Below are positions 1 through 10,649 of a stretch of DNA of 64,000 bases, piece by piece. A program made the position numbers and the translations under genes. The stretch comes from Folioceros fuciformis (taxonomy: Eukaryota): the NCBI GenBank assembly GCA_049999805.1, contig JBNGIO010006317.1:127315-191314 (forward strand). Reading direction: 5' to 3'. How positions within the stretch are numbered: the first letter of the stretch is position 1; the number at the start of each line of letters is the position of its first letter. The notes under the pieces are model-generated. The model ran no database searches, was not told the DNA's origin, and saw nothing but the letters and a program-made list of their open reading frames with translations.

Positions 1-693
1 GTCGATGGAGGCCTGCACCTCGGCCTCGGTGAGATTATGGCCCAAGAGGCGCAACGACGTGCCGAGCTCGGTGGCCGTGATCCTGCCGTCGCCGTCCCGA
101 TCGAACGCCGCGAACACTTCCCGGTAGCGAGCCACCTGCTGCGGCATGGGCCCAACGCCCGATTCCCGGTGCAGATGCCGCGCCATGAGGTGCAGGAACT
201 CGGTGAAGTCCAGGCGCCCGTTGCCGTCCACGTCCTCGCTGTTGATGAGCGCCTGGGCCTCGGGCTCCGTCACCGTTTCTCCTAAAAGGCGCATGGCGGT
301 CACCAGCTCCCGGGCCGTGATGCTGCCGTCGCCGTCACCGTCGAAGAGGAGGAACATGTCCCGGAACTTGGCCATCTGGTCCGGCCGGAGCTGCGACACC
401 TCATGCCGCTGCACCTGTTGGTTCAGCCGCGCCGCCAGGGCCAGGAATGTGGCCAGATCCAGAGCCTCGTTCTCGTCCTTCTCGCCTATCCCGGCCTGCC
501 CCAGCATCTGCTGCACCTGCGCTTCCGTGAAGTTTCGCCCCAGCAGCTTCATCGCTGTGCCCACCTCTGCCGCCGCAATCCGCCCGTCGCCATCCCTGTC
601 GAACACGCGGAACACCTCCTCGTACCTTTTCACCCGCTCCTGGCTCAGCTGCGGGATGGCGGTCTCCTCCCCACCTCTCCGTGGCCGGGCCAT
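1..693 (-). CDS. Calmodulin-like multi-EF-hand protein, copy 2 (runs off the window's left edge)
   Basis: Absent from the ORF track because it has no stop in the window. Manual translation from ATG at 693: MARPRRGGEETAIPQLSQERVKRYEEVFRVFDRDGDGRIAAAEVGTAMKLLG...FRDMFLLFDGDGDGSITARELVTAMRLLG...EDVDGNGRLDFTEFL...YREVFAAFDRDGDGRITATELG. Repeated DxDGDG EF-hand loops. Confidence 0.85.
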   Translation of the reverse strand, partial: MARPRRGGEETAIPQLSQERVKRYEEVFRVFDRDGDGRIAAAEVGTAMKLLGRNFTEAQVQQMLGQAGIGEKDENEALDLATFLALAARLNQQVQRHEVSQLRPDQMAKFRDMFLLFDGDGDGSITARELVTAMRLLGETVTEPEAQALINSEDVDGNGRLDFTEFLHLMARHLHRESGVGPMPQQVARYREVFAAFDRDGDGRITATELGTSLRLLGHNLTEAEVQASID

Positions 694-876
694 GAATTCC
701 GACGCCGGATTCACGTACTTCCCGCGGGCGTGCTGGATGCAACATTTCACGGCGGTCCCCCACGACAGCACAGTCTGGGCCATGGCAATGCTGAACTGTG
801 CACACGTTCTGGATGCTATATTTGTGGGGAGAACGTGCTCGTGGCATATGTTTCACATGAGTTCGTCAAGCAACAA

Positions 877-1713
877 TCACTCCCTGTCTGTTTCTGCATC
901 TACTTCTACATCTGCATCGGCATCTACTGCGTCTGCTTCTCCTTCGGCATCGACTTCCAATTCGAGCCTAGCCACAAAGGTGCAAAATTCTGCCAGATCG
1001 ATGGTGCCGTCGCCGTCCGCATCGGCAGCCTGAAGCATCTCCCGGACCTCGCTTTCGCTGGGGCTGTAGCCCATGGACTGCATGGCCGCGCTCAGCTCCA
1101 GGGCCGTGATCCGCCCGTCGCCGTTGCTGTCCAGCACGGAGAACGCCTCCTTGTACCTTTCCTCCATCTCCTCCATCTGCTGCTTGCTCAGGCCATGCGA
1201 GACCTCGGGATGGGACTGGGACTGGTGCATCTGGAGCCTGTCCGTGAGGATGAGGAACTCCGCCAAGTCCAGGCTCCCGTTCCCGTCCAGGTCGCCGGCG
1301 TCGATCAGGGCCTGGACCTCCTGCTGGGACATCTCGTGGCCCAGGAGCTTCATGGCGTGCTCCAGCTCCTCGGTCGTGATGCGGCCATCGCCGTCCTTGT
1401 CGTAGAGGGCAAAGGCGTCCTTGTACGGGGCGAGCTGCTGGGCGGTGAAATTGGGTAGCTCTCCAGGCCCCAGATGCCAGCCCAGGATAATGAGGAACTC
1501 TGCGAAGTTCAAGTGCCCATCTCCGTCCAGATCGCCCTTGCTCACCATCTCCTGCACCTCCTGTTCAGTGACATCCAGGCCAAGCACTCCCATTGCGATA
1601 CCCACCTCCTTGCCGGTGATGCTACCGTCGCCATCGCTGTCCACCCGACGAAAGGCCTCCTTGAAGCGTGTCATCTTTTCCTTGGTGAGCTCCTGTCGCC
1701 CAGTTGCAGCCAT
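877..1713 (-). CDS. Calmodulin-like protein with 6 EF-hands (three lobe repeats) and acidic tail
   Basis: 278-aa ORF with loops DSDGDGSITGKE, DLDGDGHLNFAE, DKDGDGRITTEE, DLDGNGSLDLAE, DSNGDGRITALE, DADGDGTIDLAE. Confidence 0.92.
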   Translation of the reverse strand: MAATGRQELTKEKMTRFKEAFRRVDSDGDGSITGKEVGIAMGVLGLDVTEQEVQEMVSKGDLDGDGHLNFAEFLIILGWHLGPGELPNFTAQQLAPYKDAFALYDKDGDGRITTEELEHAMKLLGHEMSQQEVQALIDAGDLDGNGSLDLAEFLILTDRLQMHQSQSHPEVSHGLSKQQMEEMEERYKEAFSVLDSNGDGRITALELSAAMQSMGYSPSESEVREMLQAADADGDGTIDLAEFCTFVARLELEVDAEGEADAVDADADVEVDAETDRE

Positions 1714-1957
1714 GCTGACAATCGAAGGAAATGAAAGGGAAGGAACAGGACGCTCAATGGAAAAGGAAGCTCAATTTCTTCGTCCGGACTCCTTTACAAG
1801 AAGGAAGAGCAACAACTGTAGCTGGCTGGCTTCAGAGCACGTTCGAACCACAGTTGTCTCAGACAACAGTGTTGAATCTACTAACTATATACGTGTAATT
1901 TGTCGCTTCCTGCTGGGGTGACTTTTGTTCAACGGCAGGGCAGTGCAGGGTAGACAG

Positions 1958-4795
1958 CTATTCTGCCTGGGGTGTCCGGAGATGCTCAAAACCAATTGCT
2001 CCCAAGCTCATGTCGCGTACCTGCTGTTGTGCAACCCAACGCCAATAGCCAGACGTAGGACTGAGAAATTCGTACAGGGAGTAGTCCTGCTCCAAGTTGA
2101 CCTTCACTTCCTGGTTGGTAGACTGCATGGCCACAGTCGGGTACAGAAGGCCCCCCTTCAAGGTGTTTGATACACATCCAACTACAGTGCCGTTTTTGAC
2201 GAAGAAGAGGTTGTTCGTACCATAGTGGATTCCCACGCCCACCGTATCACCCGTGCGGAATGTGGCACCTAAAGGCTCCAACACGTCGTGCATGTGGACA
2301 ATGCCGTCGTCACCGTGGTAACCACAAGTGTTGACTGCCCATCCTGGTTGCTGGTCATCTTCGAAGTGCACCTTGTCGGTAAAGCCGATCCCTACAGCAG
2401 AGTCTTCTCCACCACATAGAATGGTCACCTCGAAATAATACAGGTGCGTCCGGCAAGGTGCAGGTAGGTTGGCTTGGAGGGCCACAACTTCCCTCACATT
2501 GCGTCGTCTCTTACGCACATGCCTGTCCATTTTCAAACACCATTTTGTGAACCGAACTTGTGACCAGTCAGCCAACAAATGTAAGGTTTCGGAGCGCACA
2601 TAGCTGCCTTACCTTGCTGTTAACCGATCCGGGGAAACAGCTACCAAGGTGGAGTCGCCTATTGTGTCATGGAAGTAGGATGGTAGAGGCTCTTCGGTGA
2701 AACTCCAGTTTCCGAAGTTGAGCAATACTTGGGCGTGCCTACTCCTTAGGCCGATGGTGGGAACCAACTGGCTGGCACCATCCACACTGTTGGCCATGTC
2801 CAGGGCCCCCAACAGCTGACCTTTGTGGGTGAAAAAAATCTGCTGGCTGCTGTGCAGGATTCCTGCACCCACGATATCACCTGTCCCGAATTTCGGGCCC
2901 TGCGCAACATCTGCCTCACTACCCCATGACCCATCCAAGCTGTGGTATCCCCAGGAGCCCCGATACAGCCCAGGTAGGTGATTAGGCCAAAAGGATGAGT
3001 CGCTGGTGAATCCTATTGTGATGCTCCCGTCGTTGGTTCCCTTGTTCTCGACCTTCATCTCGAAGTATGACACCATATGCTGGTGTGAGAGAGGTCGATT
3101 AGCCTGCACGGCAACTGCATCAGCCTCAGTGGGCTTCAGGTACTTCACTGCTAGTTGGTCGCTGGAAACAGTCATCCATCGTGGATTACAGTTGGTGCTG
3201 TTGAGAAACGGAAGTTGGTTGTTGATCTGACTTCCCTCTGATGAGGGTTCTCTCCATGATAGGTCCCGCATCCTCCTGACCACGTTCTCAACTCCTGTCC
3301 CACCTGCCGTTGGTGAGTGTTATAATGCACTGGAGCACTGCTCCATCCGGATACGAAGCGACAACAAAGACCACCATCGGGATCACTCACCTGGGGGCAG
3401 GTCTCCATGCTTGGAAACAAGACGCTGAATCTCATCACGTTTAGAGATGCACTCAAGGTCATCTTCCGCCCACGACAAAACATGGTTCAGCCTCACAAGG
3501 GCCTCAACATACAAGCCTTGCCTGGCTTTATCCAGGGCATTTTGTCGGTACTCCATACGCAGCAACCTATATTTCTCTTCCTGTTGCGGGAACTTCGCAA
3601 ACAGCCTGCTCCTCACGTCAAAGTCATCAAAAGCAATCTTTAGGGGACGATCTTCCCTTGGATCGAAGGGACTCTTGGTAATATTGTAGGTCAACAGGGT
3701 CCATCTGTCATAAGTCCTCCCGTCAGAGCCCTTCACTGGATCACACATTATCTCCCACGTGATTGGATCATGGTACCATTTGTGTGGGTTGGCCGCTTGC
3801 GTAGACACTAAGGCCTGCTGATGAGGTCTGGCGTGTATCTTAGCCCTCTCTCTCTCCATCTCTACCATGACCTGAAGCCACAAGCATTCAACAGGGATTC
3901 TCAGGAATATCATGCAGAACTCCAACATCATCACTGGTAGCCCTTACAGCATGGAAGAATTCCCTGATGGCATCCGTTTGTGCGTCTGCAGCTTTGACAA
4001 AGCAAATAACTCCTTCCAGGAACATGCCAGGATATGCCTGAACTTCAGCACGCAAAGGTTTCCACACTGCTTGCAACTGCTGTCGAAGAGCCTCATGGGA
4101 TGTTGACGAAGAGGTCCCAGTGTAGGTTCTGAGCATAGTCTGCAGCTGCGACAGAGCCAACTGGAACTCGTCCCGCTGTGCCATGCTCTCCACTGCCGCC
4201 TGACGCCCCATGCACACAGTCGAGAAATAAAAACAGGGTGCTACGAAGGAGCATCACTGTCATCAAAAGGCTACACACAGGCTGCATAGCATCACTGTCA
4301 TCAAAAGGCTACACACAGGCTGCATACTTCGAGGAAAGTAATGAACAGCGTGGTTTGAAAGAAAATCATCACACGCTGTCGGAGCGAGTGAAGTTCAGAA
4401 AGTGTCTGGCTGGCGTCCCAGTGCGCCTCTAAAAACCCCATACCCAGAATTTTGTGCCCATCCTTGATTGCGTGCCGAAGTTCCTGTTCCAAGGCCCCTA
4501 CACAATGGCAGACACAAGTTCACTCTCATCAGTGACTGCACCGCATACACCAGTATCAGAGGCAGCAAACAATTACGCAACTGCTTGCAAGACACATGCC
4601 AAGAGCCCAAGCTGCTGTGTTCCTGCGACAAAACTGGTTGCCGCCCAGCGCCATCATGTTGTGTTCCAAGTTCTTTTCCAGCAGGCTCAGCTCCGCAGCC
4701 ACTTGACAGCTCTGGCTTTTGGGAGCCCACAAGTCGTGCGCCAACAAAACCACCTTGAGCAGGACCTGGGCCGCAGCCATCGCGAGTTCTGCCAT
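1958..4795 (-). CDS. Multi-exon putative E3 ligase: N-terminal helical bundle (MLKL/UND-like) + U-box + TPR-like helices + two RanBP9-type SPRY domains
   Basis: U-box: WYHDPITWEIMCDPVKGSDGRTYDRWTL...KSPF. SPRY1: VQANRPL...YFEMKVENKG...ITIGF...PG...SWGYHSLDG...GPKFGTGDIVGAGI...IFFTHKG. SPRY2: LQANLPAP...YYFEVTI...VGIGF...PGW...GYHGDDG...FRTGDTVGVGI...FFVKNG. Phase-compatible introns at about 3947-3872, 3390-3304 and 2612-2523. The 5' exons are less certain. Confidence 0.8.
4250..4325. repeat. 38-bp direct tandem duplication (intronic)
   Basis: agcatcactgtcatcaaaaggctacacacaggctgcat occurs twice back-to-back. Confidence 0.9.
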
Positions 4796-5765
4796 CCTGA
4801 TAGAAATCCCAGCACAGCCCTGATGCCACCAAATAGATCCTGAGTTTACGCATCCTCGCAACCCACACAGTCTCAACCAGTACACCCACTCTCCTCTTGG
4901 ACACGAAAACCGCCAGGAAGCCAGCCGGAAGGCGGTGAGGTGACAAGTTGTTCTAGAACTTAGCAGCCTGCTCCCGCACCGACATAAATTCCATGGAGTA
5001 CATAAATTGCAAGACGAGGGTGAACTCTGAGCTCTCTACGTCTGGACAGTGAGGTCTGCAGCTGACGTCTTCACAAGATATTTTTATGCCCAAAATTTTG
5101 CAGCCCAGGTCCAAACCCGGCGCGGTGGCCATGGTGTCGAGGGATAGGGCCATTCACCGTCCAATGTACATAACTGTAGCTACCTCACCAGCTCACGTGG
5201 GCCCACCGAGAGACAGGATCTGAGGACCACGGAGAGAGTACAGGTACATACGTCTCCTGTCGTGTCCGCGTTCCGATGCCGCAGATGCTGCTAGAACCGT
5301 GGTTGAAGCTACACTTTTCCATCACAACGTTCGATAATGGAGCCCCCATGACCGCGTCATGACCCGGCACAAGTGAGGCTTCGTACTGTAGTCCAAACCA
5401 TCTGGAGCCTTCACGTTCAGATGACTGTCGCTTGAAGCTTACACGAGAGAAGAACCAGTCCTACATTCAGTGTCGGTAAGTGTATCACTGATGATAAGTG
5501 GCCTGCTTGGTCGTAGAGAAAAGCAAGCAGTTGTAACGGTTGTTTGCAACCTGGTTCGGGATGAGGAGGAGGACACCAGGGGGCGCAATGTGCACATGAC
5601 GAAACCTGGTTCACGTGCACCTCGCACGCATTCCTATGGCGATGGCGAATCGCAGCCGTCGTAAGCCCTCCCTGCGGTCGTCGCGCGTCTTGTCTGGCTT
5701 CCAGCGTCTGCTCTGGAGGGACTCGCTGAGGACGCTGTTGAGTCGCATTGGCAGGTTTCGAGGTC

Positions 5766-7035
5766 ATGGGAGCAGTCTGGCCCTTGCAGTGGTGGATTGC
5801 AGTGGTTGCAACTTCTACATTGTTGAGCTTGTCTACAGGACGGCATCCGGATCCAGAAGTGGAGCTAGCACCAACATTCGAGAGCATCCCAGGGCAGAGC
5901 TACGCGATTTGGCAGATCCCGAGCAAGCCGGTGGCATTGCTGCTGGTGGCGCATGGGCTGCACCACGGGGCAGGATCGTTTTGGGATGCTGATCCCGGCT
6001 GCGAAGTCTGCTCGCCGCTGCCGGAGGAGAGGCTGGTGACCAAGGCGGCTTTGGCGCGGGGGTATGCTGTTATCACCGTCCAGGGAGGGAGCAAGGACAG
6101 GGGATGGAATTTGGAGACGGATCTGAAGATCAATCCCGACTTTCTGCGAGTTTCGGAGTTCTTGCGGTCGTGGAGGAGACGTCACGATCTGGCGAGTCTT
6201 CCCCTCCTCGCTTTTGGACTGTCGAGGGGAGGGGATTTCGTGTCGGTGTTGCCATTGGGGATGAGAGTGTCCGGCGTTGTGCTTATGGTCAGCCCCGGCT
6301 TGGAGGCAGCCGCTGAGCTGGCTGCGGTCCCATCTGTGGCTGGTTTGAGGATTTGGCCTTATCCTCCCACGCTCTTTGTTCACGTAAGTGCACCGATTTG
6401 TTGCAAGCCAGCTCTCTTCTGCAGCAATCTTGATGCTTCGTGATGATTGTGGAATCGTGTAGGTGGATGAAGAAGCGTCTGTCAGATTTGTAGGTGTTGA
6501 TCAAATGCTGGCTCATCGGTTGCAGATGCCGAAGGACAGTGCCACAAGCCAATCCGTGCAACGCCAGATGGCTTCGTTGTCCGCCAAGGGTCTCATAACG
6601 GGCGAGATTAGGTGCTATGCCTTTCCCGTGTATGAATCCTTGTTTTCGGACAGGATTCCGGGGCTGCACTGGAACGTATCTTCCGCCATTTGGGAGGGTC
6701 TGAAAGCAGAGGGATACCTAACGCCAGATGGCTTCTTGAATCAGCCAGATCCAGTGGACTGGGAAACCTATGGAGACTGGGACTGGACTGCGGTGGTGCA
6801 GTCTCTGAAGCAGGTCGAAATTCCCCAAGCTAATGGCACCGACTCCCAGGTCTGGATAGGGGCAGTGGCCGAGGAGATGAGTCTTAGTTATGGCTTCCAC
6901 TCCTGTTCCAGCCTGCCATCCGTCGAGATTATGGACTGGCTAGACCGGACTTGGAGGCACTCTCCGCATGCCTGGATAGAGGGGGACGCCGGGTCTGATA
7001 TCGGCAACCTCAGTCACGGCCAATCAGATGCCTAG
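5766..7035 (+). CDS. Secreted/membrane alpha/beta-hydrolase-fold protein of an uncharacterised plant family (2 exons)
   Basis: Hydrophobic N-terminus, LLLVAHG, CEVCSPLPEE and a GLSRGG nucleophile elbow (GxSxG). Intron 6384(GTAAGT)-6525(CAG) joins to give PTLFVH|MPKD. C-terminal YGFH is a candidate catalytic His. Confidence 0.75.
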
Positions 7036-7323
7036 CAAGCTCCTAATCACTCCAACATAAAGAAATGTTTCTGAATTTGTCAAGGCAGCTGAGCTGAGGT
7101 TTGATTCCTGCATTCTTCATTCCAGTGGACACAGTTTGTCACAGCAAGAGGTATAGGAATATCCGCAGAGCAGGATGCGGGCTCGACCAAAAACTATGGC
7201 GGGGATACTATGCAGAAGCCTACTTACGACTGCTGGAAAGTGCAACTCATATCCTCAAGCCGCCCATGTTCAGGAGAACACTATCGTCAGTCCATCTAGC
7301 AGTCTACACACTGCCGTGATCCA

Positions 7324-8351
7324 TCACACGCAATGTGGTAACTTAAACTCAAAATTGGCATTTGCAAAGTCCGCGGACTGCCTCAGCGCTGCTTCCTTGG
7401 ACGCCAATGCAGCATTGAAATGAGACACCACCTGGCGGGTGGTGTAGGGGAAGGAGCTGCCGCCGGCGCTGAGCGAGTTGAGGTAGGCGGCGGTTCCCTG
7501 GCGTGCAAGTTGGCGGAACCCGTTGTCGGACTTGTCTTGCAGGGCCTCAATGAAGGTGAGCTCATTTCCGAAGACGGGCACAGCGCTATCCCCAAACACA
7601 TTCGCGATAGTGGAGGCGCCAGAAGTGAGCGAAGCAACTTGGGAGTCGTTTGATTCCCACCACCTAAACACATCAACACTCACAACGTCACGACGCAAAT
7701 ATGGAACACTCGGAACAGTACAAGTCGTCACAAATTCAAGATCCACGACAACGTCTGAAATAGACGACACAAGCCTGGCCCTCATCGGAGCATATGGATG
7801 TTTTATCTTACTCGCACGTTCCTGCGCAGTCCTTCCCATGGCCTCCACCTCCGGGAACCAGGCCTCCTGGACCGGAGCCTCCTGGACCGGAGCCTCCAGG
7901 GCCGCCGCCACCTCCAGGAATGAGACCGCCAGGTCCAGAACTGCCGCCTCCAGGAATGAGGCCGCCAGGTCCAGAACCGCCGCCTCCAGGAACGAGGCCG
8001 CCCGGTCCAGACCCGCCACGTCCAGGAATCAGGCCGCCTGGCCCAGATCCGCCGCCTCCAGGCACCAGGCCTCCCGGCCCTGAGCCGTCGACGCCAGGGA
8101 AGTTCAAACCTCCTGCACCTGCAGCAAGCAGACGAGCAGACGTCTCAGAAAAAGCGGGAAACGGACTCAAATCAATCAGCCAATGGCTTGCATTGCAACG
8201 CAGTGCAGTAAACGTGCTAATAGGGTGAACCTGGTAGCGCGGGGCCAGGGTGAGGCTCCGACAGTCCAATGAAACTGGCAATAGCAAGGGCGAGAACGCC
8301 GAAGAAAATCAAGGAAGGTCGACTCACGCCATCCTGACCCGGGGGAGCCAT
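7324..8351 (-). CDS. Protodermal factor 1-like secreted Gly/Pro-rich protein (3 exons)
   Basis: Signal-like LIFFGVLALAIASFIG and GGGSGPGGL(V/I)P repeats. C-terminal PDF1-type domain: GTC...W...FG...LTFIEAL...LARQGTAAYLNS...FPYTTRQVVSHFNAALAS...QSADFANAN. Confidence 0.8.
7850..8090 (-). repeat. 39-bp coding tandem repeat (PGGGGSGPGGL[VI])
   Basis: Repeated 13-aa units in ORF 7808..8287; ccgccaggtccaga / ccgcctccagga motifs recur. Confidence 0.85.
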
Positions 8352-9289
8352 GTTGTGGGAGAAGGGGGTGCAGGGGGAGGAAAGGGAGAACAGCAGGAAG
8401 GAGAAGATCAGAAGATGGCCGAGGCTTCGTGGAGGATTGGATTTAACATCGGTGTGAAGAAGCAGTTTCAGAGCTCCAGTGTACTGCGCCATTAAAGAGA
8501 AGCATGGTAGCTCTGTTCCAGGCTCCAGCTACCCGTCCTCGCTGCCATTTGAGTTACGGTGGTTCACATGGCTCATCTCACCAGTACTAATCTGCCTTGA
8601 ATGCAGCAATTAGAGTGCCCGCCTCAAAATCTTCCTCAAATCTGAAGGCCGTGAGTGTACCATAGCGTTCCTAAATGCACACTGTATGTATCTATACCAC
8701 TGCTTATATAACATTCTCTTCAACTCCAAAAGAAGGTTTTGGGCATGCGATCCATTGTGGTTCTTCCCCCAGAACCCGAGTGGACTACAACTAAGTTGTT
8801 GTAAACTGCATGCATCCAGTAGTCGATTTTGCCATGTGATTGCAATTATGTAAGATTGTGATGGAACTAGGCCTTCGCATCATAAGTTAATCCTAAATAC
8901 TAAGTTAGGCTTTTATTGACTATAGCAGGTTAGTTCCTTGTGTCCCTATCACTATTTATCTCCTTCGTCAAGTGTAGATGGATTTTTTTATCTTATTTTT
9001 CTAAAATAAATATTAAGTTTTTTAATTTTTTGTAATACATCTTACAATCTTCTATACTAAAAATAAATCAAATTTACCCTTAAAGAAACGATCATATTTT
9101 GGGAGCTAAGTAGGAATCTCTTCCTCCCTTGCACACCCTCACCTTTTTTTCACACTTTGTACTCTAAGAATGATCGAATTAAGTATCGTTAGCAGACTAA
9201 GACTAGGTTTCACGTACTAATATGTATACAATGAGACTGATAGTCACGAGGATTGTCGTGTTGGCTCTAAAAGCTTTTCCTAAGCTATT

Positions 9290-9295
9290 GGCCCA
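9290..9295. promoter_or_regulatory. Site II element (GGCCCA) upstream of RPS28
   Basis: GGCCCA about 190 bp upstream of the RPS28 ATG. Site II motifs are typical of plant ribosomal-protein promoters, but this is a single short motif. Confidence 0.35.
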
Positions 9296-9483
9296 TTGCT
9301 AAAGCGGCTGGCTGCTGCATCTTTTTGTGTGCGTCTTGCTCGCGCTGTAGTATCTGGTTGTCCTGGTGAGATCTTAGTTCCTGAAGATGGTTACAATCTC
9401 GAATTTTTTCTCTTTGCAGTGAATGGTTCTGATTCCGCGCGCTGTGGTTTGGATGTTGGGTGAATTGCAGCAATCTGTAAGCC

Positions 9484-9681
9484 ATGGATTCGTCTGTCAA
9501 GCTGGCGGTCGTGGTTAAGGTGATCGGGCGCACGGGTTCCAGGGGACAGGTCACCCAGGTGCGTGTGAAGTTTCTGGATGACCAGAACCGGCTGATCATG
9601 AGAAACGTGAAGGGGCCGGTCCGAGAAGGCGATATTCTGACTCTGCTTGAGTCGGAGAGGGAAGCAAGGAGGCTCCGGTGA
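9484..9681 (+). CDS. RPS28: 40S ribosomal protein S28 (eS28)
   Basis: [65 protein letters not shown]. Confidence 0.98.
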   Translation: MDSSVKLAVVVKVIGRTGSRGQVTQVRVKFLDDQNRLIMRNVKGPVREGDILTLLESEREARRLR

Positions 9682-10649
9682 CGCGGGAGTGCCGGATGCG
9701 AAGACTAGGGTTTTGGTGCACTTGTCGGTGCGAGCGGCGATGATGCGATGGAGATGTAGTCCATGCAAGAATTGGTGATGGGATAGCTCAGCTCCGGAGC
9801 TGGATATGGTGGTTAGGGGTTTCATAGGGACGAACCGGGGTCGTTCTGCAACACTTTGATTCTTGTGTTATTTTTGTGGTTGCCTGGAAGGACAGTCAGA
9901 GGATTCGAGGAATGCGACTTTGCAGCCTTGTTGTCTATCTAAGGCCGGACGGTGTGGTACGCCTCATTCATTATCATTCGACGATGATTGGGTCTTCGGG
10001 TGTGTCCGAGTTTAGCGATTAGGGTTTGTTTCTTTTGAATCCCTTCAAGCACGTCCTTCTCTGAGGTACGCAACTAAGTGGAGTAGGTGGTGATCAGCAA
10101 CTATATGTCATGAAACAAGCGGTTGCATTTGTACTTGGCTGCGTTGAACGAGGCTGCGTTCGTTACCATCCTTTGTTTACCACTTCTTCTCGAGTCTACT
10201 AGGTGATCATGTGCGGACAGCCTTGTGTAGAAACATATCGAATTGCTGGAGCCTTCAACAGGAAGTGATGAAATAAAACACTCAACTGTATTGAATTACC
10301 CATGCGTACCTCATGAGGCTGTTTGTGGTCCATTGATTGAGGTGGCTATTCTGTACAACCTGGCTTCTTTATTGAATCAGTTGGAATGTACACAGTATGG
10401 AATGAATACCTTAAAGGCTTGTTAAACTAGTACGAAAGCGCAGCAGTGGTGTCTGGCTTCGCGTGTTATGTGACTCATCAGTATCTCAACCTCTCGTGAG
10501 AGGTCAGGTCGGATGGAACGGCAGGAGGTGCGATGGTGTCTTGCTTTGTCTCCTCAGGTTACGACATGTAGGTTGCAGCAACGAGCTTTCTTTGAAGCTC
10601 GCAACTGAACTCCACCTGCGGACAAGTACCAGAAGGTACCATGCCCTCG

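Noticed and set aside
146-1921. Long + strand ORFs (146..1033, 403..1458, 1421..1921)
   Set aside because: Antisense shadows of the GC-rich EF-hand genes.
7794-8228. + strand Pro-rich extensin-like ORF
   Set aside because: Reverse complement of the Gly-rich repeat; the signal peptide, splice sites and PDF1 domain are on the minus strand.
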